Assembly: GCA_021811535.1 (NCBI GenBank)
Contig: JAJZOF010000016.1
Span: 2,592-66,591, forward strand
DNA length: 64,000 nucleotides
Source of the DNA: Candidatus Micrarchaeota archaeon
GTDB lineage: Archaea > Micrarchaeota > Micrarchaeia > Micrarchaeales > CABMGC01
Direction: 5' to 3'
Under the pieces are notes generated by a model, which was given only the letters and a program-made list of their open reading frames with translations, did not search any database and was not told the origin of the DNA. This document shows positions 28,519-37,407 of this stretch, piece after piece (positions within the stretch are counted from its first letter, which is position 1; each line of letters opens with the position of its first letter). A program made the position numbers and the translations under genes.

Positions 28519-28935
28519 ATGGTTGAGATTATGCCTGATGACATAATGTATGTATCAATGAAGGAGATTAAGCCAGGGAGATTTATACTTATAGATGGGG
28601 AGCCTTGCAGGGTTGTTGAACTTGATATGTCTTCTCCTGGGAAGCACGGAGCTGCAAAGATGAGGGTTACCGCTGTAGGGATATTTGACAACCAGAAGAG
28701 GACACTCCTCAAGCCTAGCAGCGCGGATGCTGAGGTGCCAATAATAATAAAGAAGAAGGCGCAGATAGTATCTGTTACGGAGAACCTTGCGCAGCTCATG
28801 GACCCTGATACATATGAGACTTACGACGTCTCAGTGCCTGATGAGATGAAGCCGCAGCTTAAGCCGGGAGGCGAGGTTGAGGTTCTGGAGAGCATGGGAA
28901 AGAAGGCCATTTCTAGGATTCTTGGAAGCGGATGA
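28519..28935 (+). CDS. eif5a: Translation initiation factor aIF5A
   Basis: Hypusine loop SSPGKHGAAKMRV. The size is typical. The start is uncertain (28519 or a downstream ATG). Confidence 0.9.
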   Translation: MVEIMPDDIMYVSMKEIKPGRFILIDGEPCRVVELDMSSPGKHGAAKMRVTAVGIFDNQKRTLLKPSSADAEVPIIIKKKAQIVSVTENLAQLMDPDTYETYDVSVPDEMKPQLKPGGEVEVLESMGKKAISRILGSG

Positions 28936-28939
28936 TTTT

Positions 28940-29236
28940 ATGGAGATAAAAGTGATCAAGGAAGTTGAGAACAGACCTATGGACAGGAAGGAGATTTACC
29001 TGAATGTAATCTCCCCGGATAGTACGCCTTCTTCGCAGGCGGTAAGAGAAGAGGCATCGAAGAAGCTGAACTTGAACCCCGAGAATGTAGTCGTAGTTAG
29101 GATAAGGCAGCTGTACGGAATAAAGGCATCTGAAGCCGTGCTGCATTGCTATAGCAAGAAGGAGACTATGGAGAAGATAGTTAAGCGCCGCGGGAAGGGA
29201 GGGAAGAAGAAGGAGGGAGCCACAGAGAAGAAATGA
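28940..29236 (+). CDS. rps24e: 30S ribosomal protein S24e
   Basis: MEIKVIKEVENRPMDRKEIYLNV... typical S24e N-terminus, followed by S27ae as in other archaea. Confidence 0.85.
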   Translation: MEIKVIKEVENRPMDRKEIYLNVISPDSTPSSQAVREEASKKLNLNPENVVVVRIRQLYGIKASEAVLHCYSKKETMEKIVKRRGKGGKKKEGATEKK

Positions 29237-29255
29237 TTTCTGATTAGGTTTTTTT

Positions 29256-29402
29256 ATGGCTGAGAAAGCAGAAAAAAAGAAAGCGGAGGCATATAAGCCA
29301 CCGAAGAAACTCTGCCCGAAATGCGGGAGGAGAATGGCTATACACTCGGACAGGATGGCATGCGGATATTGTTCCTACACTGAGTGGGAGAAGAAGGGCT
29401 GA
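29256..29402 (+). CDS. rps27ae: 30S ribosomal protein S27ae (zinc ribbon)
   Basis: Hand-translated 48-aa ORF absent from the ORF track: MAEKAEKKKAEAYKPPKKLCPKCGRRMAIHSDRMACGYCSYTEWEKKG. CxxC...CxxC motif; conserved S24e-S27ae adjacency. Confidence 0.8.
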   Translation: MAEKAEKKKAEAYKPPKKLCPKCGRRMAIHSDRMACGYCSYTEWEKKG

Positions 29403-29412
29403 GGTTTTTCAG

Positions 29413-30129
29413 TTGGCGAAGAAGTCCGCTGCAGAAGCGGCGGCGGTACGGAATATTAATGCGGCCGAGAGCAAGGTCACGGGGCTGCTCGTCTATCTTG
29501 CCATCTATCTCGTTTACGCGATACTCCTTGTGATAGCCGGAGCCGGGTTGTACCTCATTTACCAGGGAGGCTATATAAGTGAGGCTAATTTTGAGTTTAT
29601 CTTCACTACCATCTTCCAGCTCTCCTTTACGATAGTTGTAATTGCGTACCTCTCCCTATACAAAAAGTACAGCATTAGGGAGAGCATACGGAACCTGGGC
29701 ATGGGCAGGGACAAGCTCTCCATGTCGATTTTCGGAATAGGGATTCTCCTCTTTGTGATAATATTTGCGCTTGAGGTAATAGCTTCGCTCGCGAGCGCAG
29801 CCAGTGGCGTAAGCCTGCCTACCAACGTAGGCTCAGTTTTGGGCTCTGCCCCGCTCTGGTTCCTTATCTTTTCCGCCATTCTGGAGCCCATAAACGAGGA
29901 GATACTCTTCAGGGGATTCCTTGTGCCCAGGATAGGTATTATAGCAAGTGCTGCCGTATTTGCCATGGGTCACATAGGCTATAATTCCATAATAGAGGTT
30001 GTCGCGGCATTTGCATTCGGGCTTGTTGCGGGTTATACGTATAAGAAGACAGGATCTCTTTATCCAAGCATAATAGCGCACATACTCGTAAACAGCCTTG
30101 CTGTTGCTGCGCTTCTTGGAGTATTGTAG
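29413..30129 (+). CDS. CPBP-family (CAAX-type) intramembrane metalloprotease
   Basis: Multi-TM protein with EPINEEILFRG (EExxxR), FAMGH and HILVN motifs. TTG start preceded by GAGGT. Confidence 0.75.
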   Translation: MAKKSAAEAAAVRNINAAESKVTGLLVYLAIYLVYAILLVIAGAGLYLIYQGGYISEANFEFIFTTIFQLSFTIVVIAYLSLYKKYSIRESIRNLGMGRDKLSMSIFGIGILLFVIIFALEVIASLASAASGVSLPTNVGSVLGSAPLWFLIFSAILEPINEEILFRGFLVPRIGIIASAAVFAMGHIGYNSIIEVVAAFAFGLVAGYTYKKTGSLYPSIIAHILVNSLAVAALLGVL

Positions 30130-30139
30130 GGGTTATTTA

Positions 30140-30838
30140 GTGCTTAGGCTCGTTCTGGTAAGTCCGAAGTATCAGCTGAATGTTGGATATGCGGCACGGG
30201 TTGCTGCCAACTTTGGAGTAAATGATATCGCATTTGTGAATCCGAGAGCCAGGATAAGAGGTAAGAAGGCCATAATGTATGCAAAACATTCACACAAACT
30301 TCTTTCAGGGGCAAAGGTATTTGGCACTCTCTCTGAAGCGGTTAGGGGATATGATATCGTGATCGGCACCACGGGAATTGTCGAGAAAACGGAGTCAGGA
30401 TTCTCCAGGGCGGTGCTTCTCTCCGAGCTCGGCTCCGATAAGCGCATAGGAAGAGCACTTGCGAGGGCAGGAAGCATCGCAGTGGTCATGGGCAGGGATG
30501 ACACGGGCCTTACTAAGGAGGAGATGGGGATGTGCGACTATGCTGCGTATATAGGCACGAACCCAGAGTATCCTGTGATGAATATAACCCATGCGCTTGC
30601 AGTCGTTCTGTACCAGCTGACAATGGCCTCTTATAGTGCGAGATACTCATATCTAAAGAGCAATAAGCCATGCGTGGATGGAAGCGAAAAGATGCTCTTT
30701 GAATTGTTCGGGAAGATAGTTGACGGAAAGAAATCGATAAGAAACAAAAAGGCTGTCAAGAGGGTCTTCAGAGGGGTGATAAGGGCATACATGCCTGATG
30801 AGAAGGAGATGCATGCTCTTATAACCGCACTAAAATGA
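30140..30838 (+). CDS. SPOUT (SpoU/TrmH/TrmJ-like) RNA 2'-O-methyltransferase
   Basis: LVLVSPKYQLNVGYAARVAANFG..., VVMGRDDTGLT and MNITHALAVVLY are typical of the SpoU fold. GTG at 30140 preferred. Confidence 0.7.
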   Translation: MLRLVLVSPKYQLNVGYAARVAANFGVNDIAFVNPRARIRGKKAIMYAKHSHKLLSGAKVFGTLSEAVRGYDIVIGTTGIVEKTESGFSRAVLLSELGSDKRIGRALARAGSIAVVMGRDDTGLTKEEMGMCDYAAYIGTNPEYPVMNITHALAVVLYQLTMASYSARYSYLKSNKPCVDGSEKMLFELFGKIVDGKKSIRNKKAVKRVFRGVIRAYMPDEKEMHALITALK

Positions 30839-30858
30839 CAGCAGTGGTTAGGTTGATA

Positions 30859-31233
30859 TCAGTCTTTCTGAGGCTTCCTTCTCTTTATTATCTTGACCTT
30901 GGCAGGGGTTATTATTATCCTGGTCTCGTCTATCTGCCCTATGTCGCCATTGAGATTCTCTATGTATCTCTTGAGCTCCCTGACTATGTTGTCTCTTGTG
31001 TTCGGCCTTTTGTTCAGCTCGGTTATATCGAGAAGTACGATGTTCCTCCTTGAGAGCTCGTCTTCTATCGGCTTGACATCCTCTTCGCTCATTACTGAGA
31101 CAGGCTTTATGTACATGTCTGCAGGCTCATGCAGGACATCGACATTGTCCATCTCCTCAGAGTTCATGTAATCCTCTATGTCTATCTCCTTCTGCACTCC
31201 GAATGCTTGACCAAGCTTGTTGAAAACTCCCAT
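30859..31233 (-). CDS. sepF: SepF-like cell division protein (DUF552)
   Basis: 124 aa. Pattern YIKPVSVMSEEDVKPIEDELSRRNIVLLDITEL...RDNIVRELKRYIENLNGDIGQIDETRIIITP fits SepF. Confidence 0.65.
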   Translation of the reverse strand: MGVFNKLGQAFGVQKEIDIEDYMNSEEMDNVDVLHEPADMYIKPVSVMSEEDVKPIEDELSRRNIVLLDITELNKRPNTRDNIVRELKRYIENLNGDIGQIDETRIIITPAKVKIIKRRKPQKD

Positions 31234-31387
31234 TTTTACACCAGACGCCTTTTATTGCAAATTTTTATTGCTGTTATTGTTTAATAATACTTTCGTTTTT
31301 ACGAGCATAATCGCTTGTCCGGCTGCTTCAAAACCGAAAGTAACAGGTTAGTTTATATTTTTGCAGCTTTACCAAGTTAATGGTTTG

Positions 31388-32821
31388 ATGAAAAAGCCGA
31401 ACATAATATTCTTTATGCTCGACACTGTAAGGGCAGACTTTCTGGACGCGTATGGAGGAGGTGCGGAGACGCCGGTTATGGGCGGGCTCGCAGCACACGG
31501 AAAGATTTACCTTAACGCAGTGGCCCCTGCGACTTATACTGCACCTTCGCATCTAGCAGTCTTTACTGGTATGGGATGGCAGGAGCTAAATGATATCTTT
31601 AAGAACCCTATAACCAACAGGAACAACAATACAGACCCATTCCTTAGAAAGACGCATTACATCTCTGCAAAATCGAAAAATACGGTGGCGGAGGAGCTGG
31701 TGAGCTTGGGTTACAGCACATGGCTGCTCTCGAACAATCCGTTTGTCTCAAGGCCCACTGGACTTGCAGACGGATTCAGTTTTGTAGAGAATTTCTGGTT
31801 CAGGGAGAGGATAGATTACGGAAAGTACTATATAAAATATGTGCTGAAGCTCATAGACAGCGATTTCGCAAGGGAGAACCTTATATCGTTAGCCTATCTG
31901 CTTACCCATGCTATTCCGGACAGAATGGTCGACTCGGCATATGTAAAGCTCAGAAAAAACATAGAGAGGAGGTTCCTATCCGAGTCAGGCTCTGTCGGGA
32001 TTGACAGAGGGGCGGAAAAGACCAATGAGATGCTCGGAAGGATCTCGCGCTCGGATCATTTTGCGCCGTTGTTCATCTTTGTGAATTATATGGAAGGGCA
32101 TGAAGGCTATCCTGTCGGCTCTGCCCCCGGAGAGATTGTGCAGGATAAGTGGTTTTACCTGGGCGGGCTCACTGACAAGTCGTACGCTGCACCGCTTAAA
32201 GACGCATACAGAAGACGCATCGAGTATCTTGACGGGATGCTCGGGAAGGCTCTCGATAAGATGGCGGATGGAGGGCTTCTGGATGATGCAATAGTAATAG
32301 TAGCAGGAGATCACGGGCAGGGCTTTATGGAGCATGACCAGATGTACCATAATATGTTTCCTTTCCAGGAGATAAGCCATGTGCCTCTGATTGTAACCAG
32401 ATTCTCCGACGGGAAGCCTGTTGGCGATAGGGAGAGTATCTGCAATCCTGTCTCCCTGCGTGGATTGTGCAATTTTATTAAGAACGCAGGAGCTGGAAAG
32501 GATCGGAGCCTTGAGGATTTTTCTTCGGCTACAAGGGGCGTGCGCTCTGACCATTTCGGGATAACTGAGGTCTGGGACATGTCAATACTCGAGCATTTCA
32601 GAAAGAAGTCGAGGGCTGCTGATGCGATATACAGGGCGAAGATGCACTATAACACATTCAGCAGTGCCCTGTATTCCGGCAGGTTCAAGCTTCTCCATTA
32701 TGCTGATAGAAAGATAGGCGATCAGCTCTTTGACCTGAAAGGCGATCCTGGAGAAGAGGAGAACATAATAATGAAGAACAGGGCAGTAGCGCATTCGATG
32801 CTCAGGCATCTTGGTTATTGA
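31388..32821 (+). CDS. Sulfatase-family (alkaline phosphatase superfamily) hydrolase/transferase
   Basis: NIIFFMLDTVRADFL metal site, YTAPSH in place of the C/S-x-P-x-R formylglycine motif, GDHGQGFMEH. Confidence 0.7.
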   Translation: MKKPNIIFFMLDTVRADFLDAYGGGAETPVMGGLAAHGKIYLNAVAPATYTAPSHLAVFTGMGWQELNDIFKNPITNRNNNTDPFLRKTHYISAKSKNTVAEELVSLGYSTWLLSNNPFVSRPTGLADGFSFVENFWFRERIDYGKYYIKYVLKLIDSDFARENLISLAYLLTHAIPDRMVDSAYVKLRKNIERRFLSESGSVGIDRGAEKTNEMLGRISRSDHFAPLFIFVNYMEGHEGYPVGSAPGEIVQDKWFYLGGLTDKSYAAPLKDAYRRRIEYLDGMLGKALDKMADGGLLDDAIVIVAGDHGQGFMEHDQMYHNMFPFQEISHVPLIVTRFSDGKPVGDRESICNPVSLRGLCNFIKNAGAGKDRSLEDFSSATRGVRSDHFGITEVWDMSILEHFRKKSRAADAIYRAKMHYNTFSSALYSGRFKLLHYADRKIGDQLFDLKGDPGEEENIIMKNRAVAHSMLRHLGY

Positions 32822-32834
32822 TTGTTCCCGTGCA

Positions 32835-34175
32835 TTACCAGGGGAGTACTCCGAGGCCCTTTAGCCCTATCTTGTTCAGGGCTCTCTCCTGATCCTCATA
32901 ATATATCCTGCAGAATTCATTTATGCCCTTTATGTCCCTTATCCCCATCTCGTTGAGTTTCTGCAGGATCTTGGCGCGGCGGTACTCCTCGCGGATTATC
33001 TCGCTTGGCGGATACCCTGTCAGCTTGGAGAGCGTGTCCCTGTAGGTTATGCTTGGTAGTATCTCAGATCCTTTTCTTGTCTTATAGTCGTATAGATAGA
33101 GATCCGAGAGGAGGACCTGGGTCTCGATCCCTGATATCTCAGATATCTGCGTCACCTTGCGCTGATATATATTGTTCTGGTTTATTCTTGATACGAGTAT
33201 TATTGAGTCTATAAGCGGGATTATCTCTTTGTTTATATTCATTGGAGCATGCTCCAGCCTGGTTACCACGTCCCTGCTTGTGCTCGCATGCAGCGTGCTT
33301 ATCACTATTTTCCCTATATTCATAGCTGTCATCATGTCCTCCGCTTCCTCGGCCCTGACTTCGCCTATTATTATCATATCAGGCCTCATCCTGAGCGAAT
33401 TCTTTACAAGATCCTTTGTCGTGAGGTCCGGGCTTGTCTCGAGCCTTACGCAGTTCTCCTGCGTGTCCGTATTGAGCTCGTATGTATCCTCTATTACTAT
33501 TATCCTCTGGTCAGGCCTGAAGAAACTGAAGAGGGCATTCAGCATCGTGGTCTTTCCGCTTGCAGGCGTTCCGCCTATAAGCATGTTTGCCGGTCGTATC
33601 TTCAGGCCCTCTGCGTATAGCCAGAACCTTGCGGCTATGCTGTAGCTCAGCTCCCCATGGTTTATCAGGTCTATTACGCTGAACGCTTTGTTCTTGAAGT
33701 TCCTTATTGTTATGTCTGATCCTAGAGGCGAGTCGACTATGTTGGCCCTCGAGCCGTTTGGGAGGTGCACGTCGAATATGTTCTTTTTGGAGCTTGCAGT
33801 GGTCGCATACATGCGGAGCTTCTTTACGAACAGTTCAAGGTCGCTGCGGTCTGCCAGCGTCTCAGGGACCTTGACGTCGCCCTGTGAGCTGTGATACACA
33901 AATATGTTCCTCGTATTGTTTATCATTATGTCTTCGACTTCCTCGTCGGTCAGGTATTTGTCTATGGGAGCGAACGTCTTCGCGTCGCTTATAATACGCG
34001 ATACTTCCTCCTTTGTAGTTGCCGGGCGCTGTGCCTTTATTATGCTCTCTATGTACTTCTCCATCTCGGCCTCCTCTGAGAAATTGCCGAGTTTCCCCTC
34101 AAGCGCCTCGAATACCGATAGCTCAAAGAAAAAGAACTCACGTCCGGCGAGGTTTGTTATTGCCATATTATACAC
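32835..34175 (-). CDS. Type II/IV secretion-family ATPase (FlaI/ArlI / archaeal pilus assembly ATPase-like)
   Basis: Walker A GGTPASGKTTMLNAL, IVIEDTYEL, Walker B/Asp box MIIIGEVRAEEA, His box STLHAS. The start may be the internal ATG at 34064. Confidence 0.85.
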   Translation of the reverse strand: MYNMAITNLAGREFFFFELSVFEALEGKLGNFSEEAEMEKYIESIIKAQRPATTKEEVSRIISDAKTFAPIDKYLTDEEVEDIMINNTRNIFVYHSSQGDVKVPETLADRSDLELFVKKLRMYATTASSKKNIFDVHLPNGSRANIVDSPLGSDITIRNFKNKAFSVIDLINHGELSYSIAARFWLYAEGLKIRPANMLIGGTPASGKTTMLNALFSFFRPDQRIIVIEDTYELNTDTQENCVRLETSPDLTTKDLVKNSLRMRPDMIIIGEVRAEEAEDMMTAMNIGKIVISTLHASTSRDVVTRLEHAPMNINKEIIPLIDSIILVSRINQNNIYQRKVTQISEISGIETQVLLSDLYLYDYKTRKGSEILPSITYRDTLSKLTGYPPSEIIREEYRRAKILQKLNEMGIRDIKGINEFCRIYYEDQERALNKIGLKGLGVLPW

Positions 34176-34262
34176 ATGCGCATTGTAATTACATAGACGC
34201 GAATACTTTTATTTTGTATTTATTCTTTTATTTCTTTGCTTATAATATAGGACTAGGCTTTC

Positions 34263-36002
34263 ATGGAGATTCTGGATTACGATTTGGTGATACTTGGCAG
34301 TGGAATAGGGGGCATGACTGCGGCAATACATGCAAGCAGGAAGTCGTCTGCACGGCTTAGCATATGCATCGTAACGAAGCTGCACGCAATGAGGAGTCAC
34401 TCAGTATCTGCAGAGGGGGGCATATCAGGGGTACTATACCCTGGCAAGAGCGACGATACATTCGACCTTCACGCATACGACACCATAAAAGGTTCCGATT
34501 ACCTTGCCGATCAGGATGCGGTAGAGATACTTGCAAAGAATGCGCCTGGAGAGATAAAATTCTTTGATCATATAGGCGTTCCGTGGAACAGAGAGAGGGA
34601 TGGAAGGATATCGCAGAGGGCATTCGGCGGAATGAGCCTGAAGAGGACAGCGTTTGCTGCCGATAAGACAGGTTTCTTCATGATGAGGGCGCTGTATGAC
34701 GAGATACTCAGTTATGGAAATATCGATATACTTCATGAGCATTTCGCAACCAAGCTGATACTTGAGAAGGACACTTTCAGGGGAATATTCGCAATAGACC
34801 TTAACACAGGCGAGATGAAACTGATAAGGGCGAAGGCTGGAATAATAGCTACCGGTGGCGCTTCGAGGGCATACGGCTTCACCACCACATCATATTCAAG
34901 CACAGGAGACGGAACTGCGCTTGCGTACAATGCGGGATTGCCGCTTAAGGATATGGAATTCGTGCAGTTTCACCCTACCGCATTGATACCGAGCGGCATA
35001 CTGATAACCGAGGCTGCAAGGGGGGAGGGCGCGTATCTTAGGAACGCAAAGGGCGAGCGGTTCATGGAGAGATATGCCGCCAGCAAGATGGAGCTTGCGC
35101 CCAGGGATATAGTCTCAAGGTCGATAATCACTGAGATAGAGAACGGAAGAGGCCTTAAGCATGAGTCAGGCTTTGATTATGTCCTTCTTGATATGCGGCA
35201 TATGGACAAGGAAGTAATAGACGGGAGGCTCCCGATGATAAAGGAGATAACGGTAAAGATGCTCGGTATAGACCCTGCAGAAGAACCTATACCTGTAAGG
35301 CCTGCGGCACACTTCACAATGGGAGGAATACATACAGGGATAGACGGCAAGGTGTTTTACGGGAAAAAGGACCCGGCAAAGGGACTCTGGGCTGTCGGGG
35401 AATGCGCGTGCGTAAGCGTACACGGAGCCAACAGGCTGGGAAGCAACTCCCTGAGCCAGTGTTCCGTGTGGGGAAGGATAGTCGGCGAAGAATCTTCGGA
35501 TTATCTTAAGGCACAGGCTGGATTCGAGAGAAGCTATGCAATGAAGCCCGGCGAGGAGGAGATGGAGAGGATATCAGGCATACTTGACAGAAAGGGAACC
35601 GTTAATCCGTATTCCCTGAAATCGGAGATGCATGCGGTGATGGACAGGAAGCTTTACGTGTACAGGAGGATGAAGGCGATGGCGGAGGCCGTCAGGGAGC
35701 TGCACGCGCTTGAGAAGAAGATAGGCGAGTGCTATATAGAGGACAAGGGAGCCACTTACAATACCAATCTCAGGGACTTCCTTGAGCTGGAGAACCTCAT
35801 GACGCTCTCGATAGCCATAGCCGAGGGGGCATCAAGAAGGAAGGAGAGCAGGGGCGCGCACGCTGTGGTAGAGTTCCCGAAGAGAGATGACAAGAACTGG
35901 CTTGTCCACACAATAGTGCAGAAAGGCAGGGGAGGCAAGCCGAGCATTTATTACGTGCCCGTAAAGATAACCAGGTGGAAACCGCAGGAGAGAAAGTATT
36001 AG
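34263..36002 (+). CDS. sdhA: Succinate dehydrogenase / fumarate reductase flavoprotein subunit
   Basis: FAD fold DLVILGSGIGGMTAA, covalent-FAD His context RSHSVSAEGG, HPT, RGEG and C-terminal ESRGAH motifs. Confidence 0.92.
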   Translation: MEILDYDLVILGSGIGGMTAAIHASRKSSARLSICIVTKLHAMRSHSVSAEGGISGVLYPGKSDDTFDLHAYDTIKGSDYLADQDAVEILAKNAPGEIKFFDHIGVPWNRERDGRISQRAFGGMSLKRTAFAADKTGFFMMRALYDEILSYGNIDILHEHFATKLILEKDTFRGIFAIDLNTGEMKLIRAKAGIIATGGASRAYGFTTTSYSSTGDGTALAYNAGLPLKDMEFVQFHPTALIPSGILITEAARGEGAYLRNAKGERFMERYAASKMELAPRDIVSRSIITEIENGRGLKHESGFDYVLLDMRHMDKEVIDGRLPMIKEITVKMLGIDPAEEPIPVRPAAHFTMGGIHTGIDGKVFYGKKDPAKGLWAVGECACVSVHGANRLGSNSLSQCSVWGRIVGEESSDYLKAQAGFERSYAMKPGEEEMERISGILDRKGTVNPYSLKSEMHAVMDRKLYVYRRMKAMAEAVRELHALEKKIGECYIEDKGATYNTNLRDFLELENLMTLSIAIAEGASRRKESRGAHAVVEFPKRDDKNWLVHTIVQKGRGGKPSIYYVPVKITRWKPQERKY

Positions 36003-36010
36003 GTGGGCTT

Positions 36011-36421
36011 ATGGAAAAGAGGGTTTACGATTTGAGGGGGAGGCAGCGCAGTATACTCAGGGTTGGGCGCTTTGACAGGGAGGCGCTTCTGCACATGATA
36101 ACGTATAGGGCACTGATATTCGTAGGCTTCGCTGAGGGACTGGTTCTTCTTTATTCGTCCGTGTTCGGCTCTGGCGCTGCTCTCGGTTCAGTCTCCGATT
36201 TCCTGCTCCTGGTAGTTATGCTTATATTCATACCTGAGATATTCGAGATGCTGAAGGCATTGGCGGTTATCTCCAGCAGGGGGATAGTATTTGGCCGCCT
36301 TAACCATTCTTTCCTAGATGCGAATAATCTGGGCAGGAAGAACTCCCCACTTGCGGTCCTGCCATACCTTGGCACGCTCGTCTGGATAGGGGTTATAATT
36401 GCGTTTCTGGTGAGTATTTGA
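36011..36421 (+). CDS. Small 3-TM membrane protein between sdhA and sdhB (candidate SDH anchor)
   Basis: 136 aa from the ATG at 36011 (AGGTGG SD). Three hydrophobic helices (ALIFVGFAEGLVLLYSSVF, FLLLVVMLIFIPEIF, LGTLVWIGVIIAFLV). No family recognised. Confidence 0.55.
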   Translation: MEKRVYDLRGRQRSILRVGRFDREALLHMITYRALIFVGFAEGLVLLYSSVFGSGAALGSVSDFLLLVVMLIFIPEIFEMLKALAVISSRGIVFGRLNHSFLDANNLGRKNSPLAVLPYLGTLVWIGVIIAFLVSI

Positions 36422-37404
36422 TTAGGGCTTCTAGATATATGGTGCTTCTTTACGCCTCGATGGCAGGAGTTCCCGCCATGATCTTCCTGCGGGTCGTTTT
36501 CGGCATTTTTGGAATGGCATCTTTGCAGGATGCGGCAGGATTCCTTGCAGGAGTAGGACTGGTGGTATTTGGCATAGTCGGCTTTGTGGAGGTGTATGCG
36601 CACCCGCAGAATAAGCACATTGAACAGGTTAATGAGGAGGCTGGGGAGGCACACGTGCTGAGCCCGGGCGCAGGGAGGGATACAATAGTGATGAGCATAT
36701 CCCGCTTTGCGGGAGGAGGCAAGGGAATAGAGATGAAGGATTACAGGGTTAAGGTAAGCAAGTTTACCACGGTCCTCGAGGCTCTTCTCATGATAAAGGA
36801 GACACAGGACAGTACCCTCTCTGTGAGGTACAGCTGCAGGATGGGCATCTGCGGTTCATGCGGAGTTGTAGTGAACGGCAAGCCGTCTCTTGCGTGCGAG
36901 CTCAATGCAGAGAAGACAGCAGTAGATGGCTGCGTTAAGGTGGAACAGATGAGGGCGCATCCCCTGTTGAAGGATCTTGTGACGGATTTCGATGATTTCT
37001 TTGCGAAGCATAAGGCTATAAGGCCGGGTCTGTACAGGAAGGACGGCAAGGAGAAGTATGAAGCTAAGAAGGAGTATAAGCAGAGCCAGGAGGAGCTTAA
37101 CAGGTTCCTGCCTTATTCTTACTGCATAATGTGCGGTCTATGTCTCGACGCATGCCCTATAAGCAATTCAAATGCGGAGTTCCTCGGCCCTCAGGCGCTC
37201 TCGCAGGCGTACAGGTACTATGCTGATTCAAGGGATCAGGATGGGAAGAAGCGGCTCTTTGATGTTGATGCGCTGAAGGGCATCTGGGGCTGTGAATTCG
37301 CAGGTGCATGCTCCCATGTATGTCCCAAGGGCGTCGATCCGGCATCTGCAATACAGCTGCTCAAGAACGAGGCTGCAAAATCCATACTGGAAAATGGTGA
37401 ATAG
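36418..37404 (+). CDS. sdhB: Succinate dehydrogenase Fe-S subunit with in-frame N-terminal 2-TM extension
   Basis: Canonical SdhB from about 36691 (CRMGICGSCGVVVNGKPSLAC, CIMCGLCLDACP, CEFAGACSHVCPKG). The upstream 91 codons are in frame, have no stop and encode two TM helices. An internal GGGAGGG SD lies before GTG 36688 / ATG 36691. Confidence 0.85.
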   Translation: MIRASRYMVLLYASMAGVPAMIFLRVVFGIFGMASLQDAAGFLAGVGLVVFGIVGFVEVYAHPQNKHIEQVNEEAGEAHVLSPGAGRDTIVMSISRFAGGGKGIEMKDYRVKVSKFTTVLEALLMIKETQDSTLSVRYSCRMGICGSCGVVVNGKPSLACELNAEKTAVDGCVKVEQMRAHPLLKDLVTDFDDFFAKHKAIRPGLYRKDGKEKYEAKKEYKQSQEELNRFLPYSYCIMCGLCLDACPISNSNAEFLGPQALSQAYRYYADSRDQDGKKRLFDVDALKGIWGCEFAGACSHVCPKGVDPASAIQLLKNEAAKSILENGE

Positions 37405-37407
37405 TGC

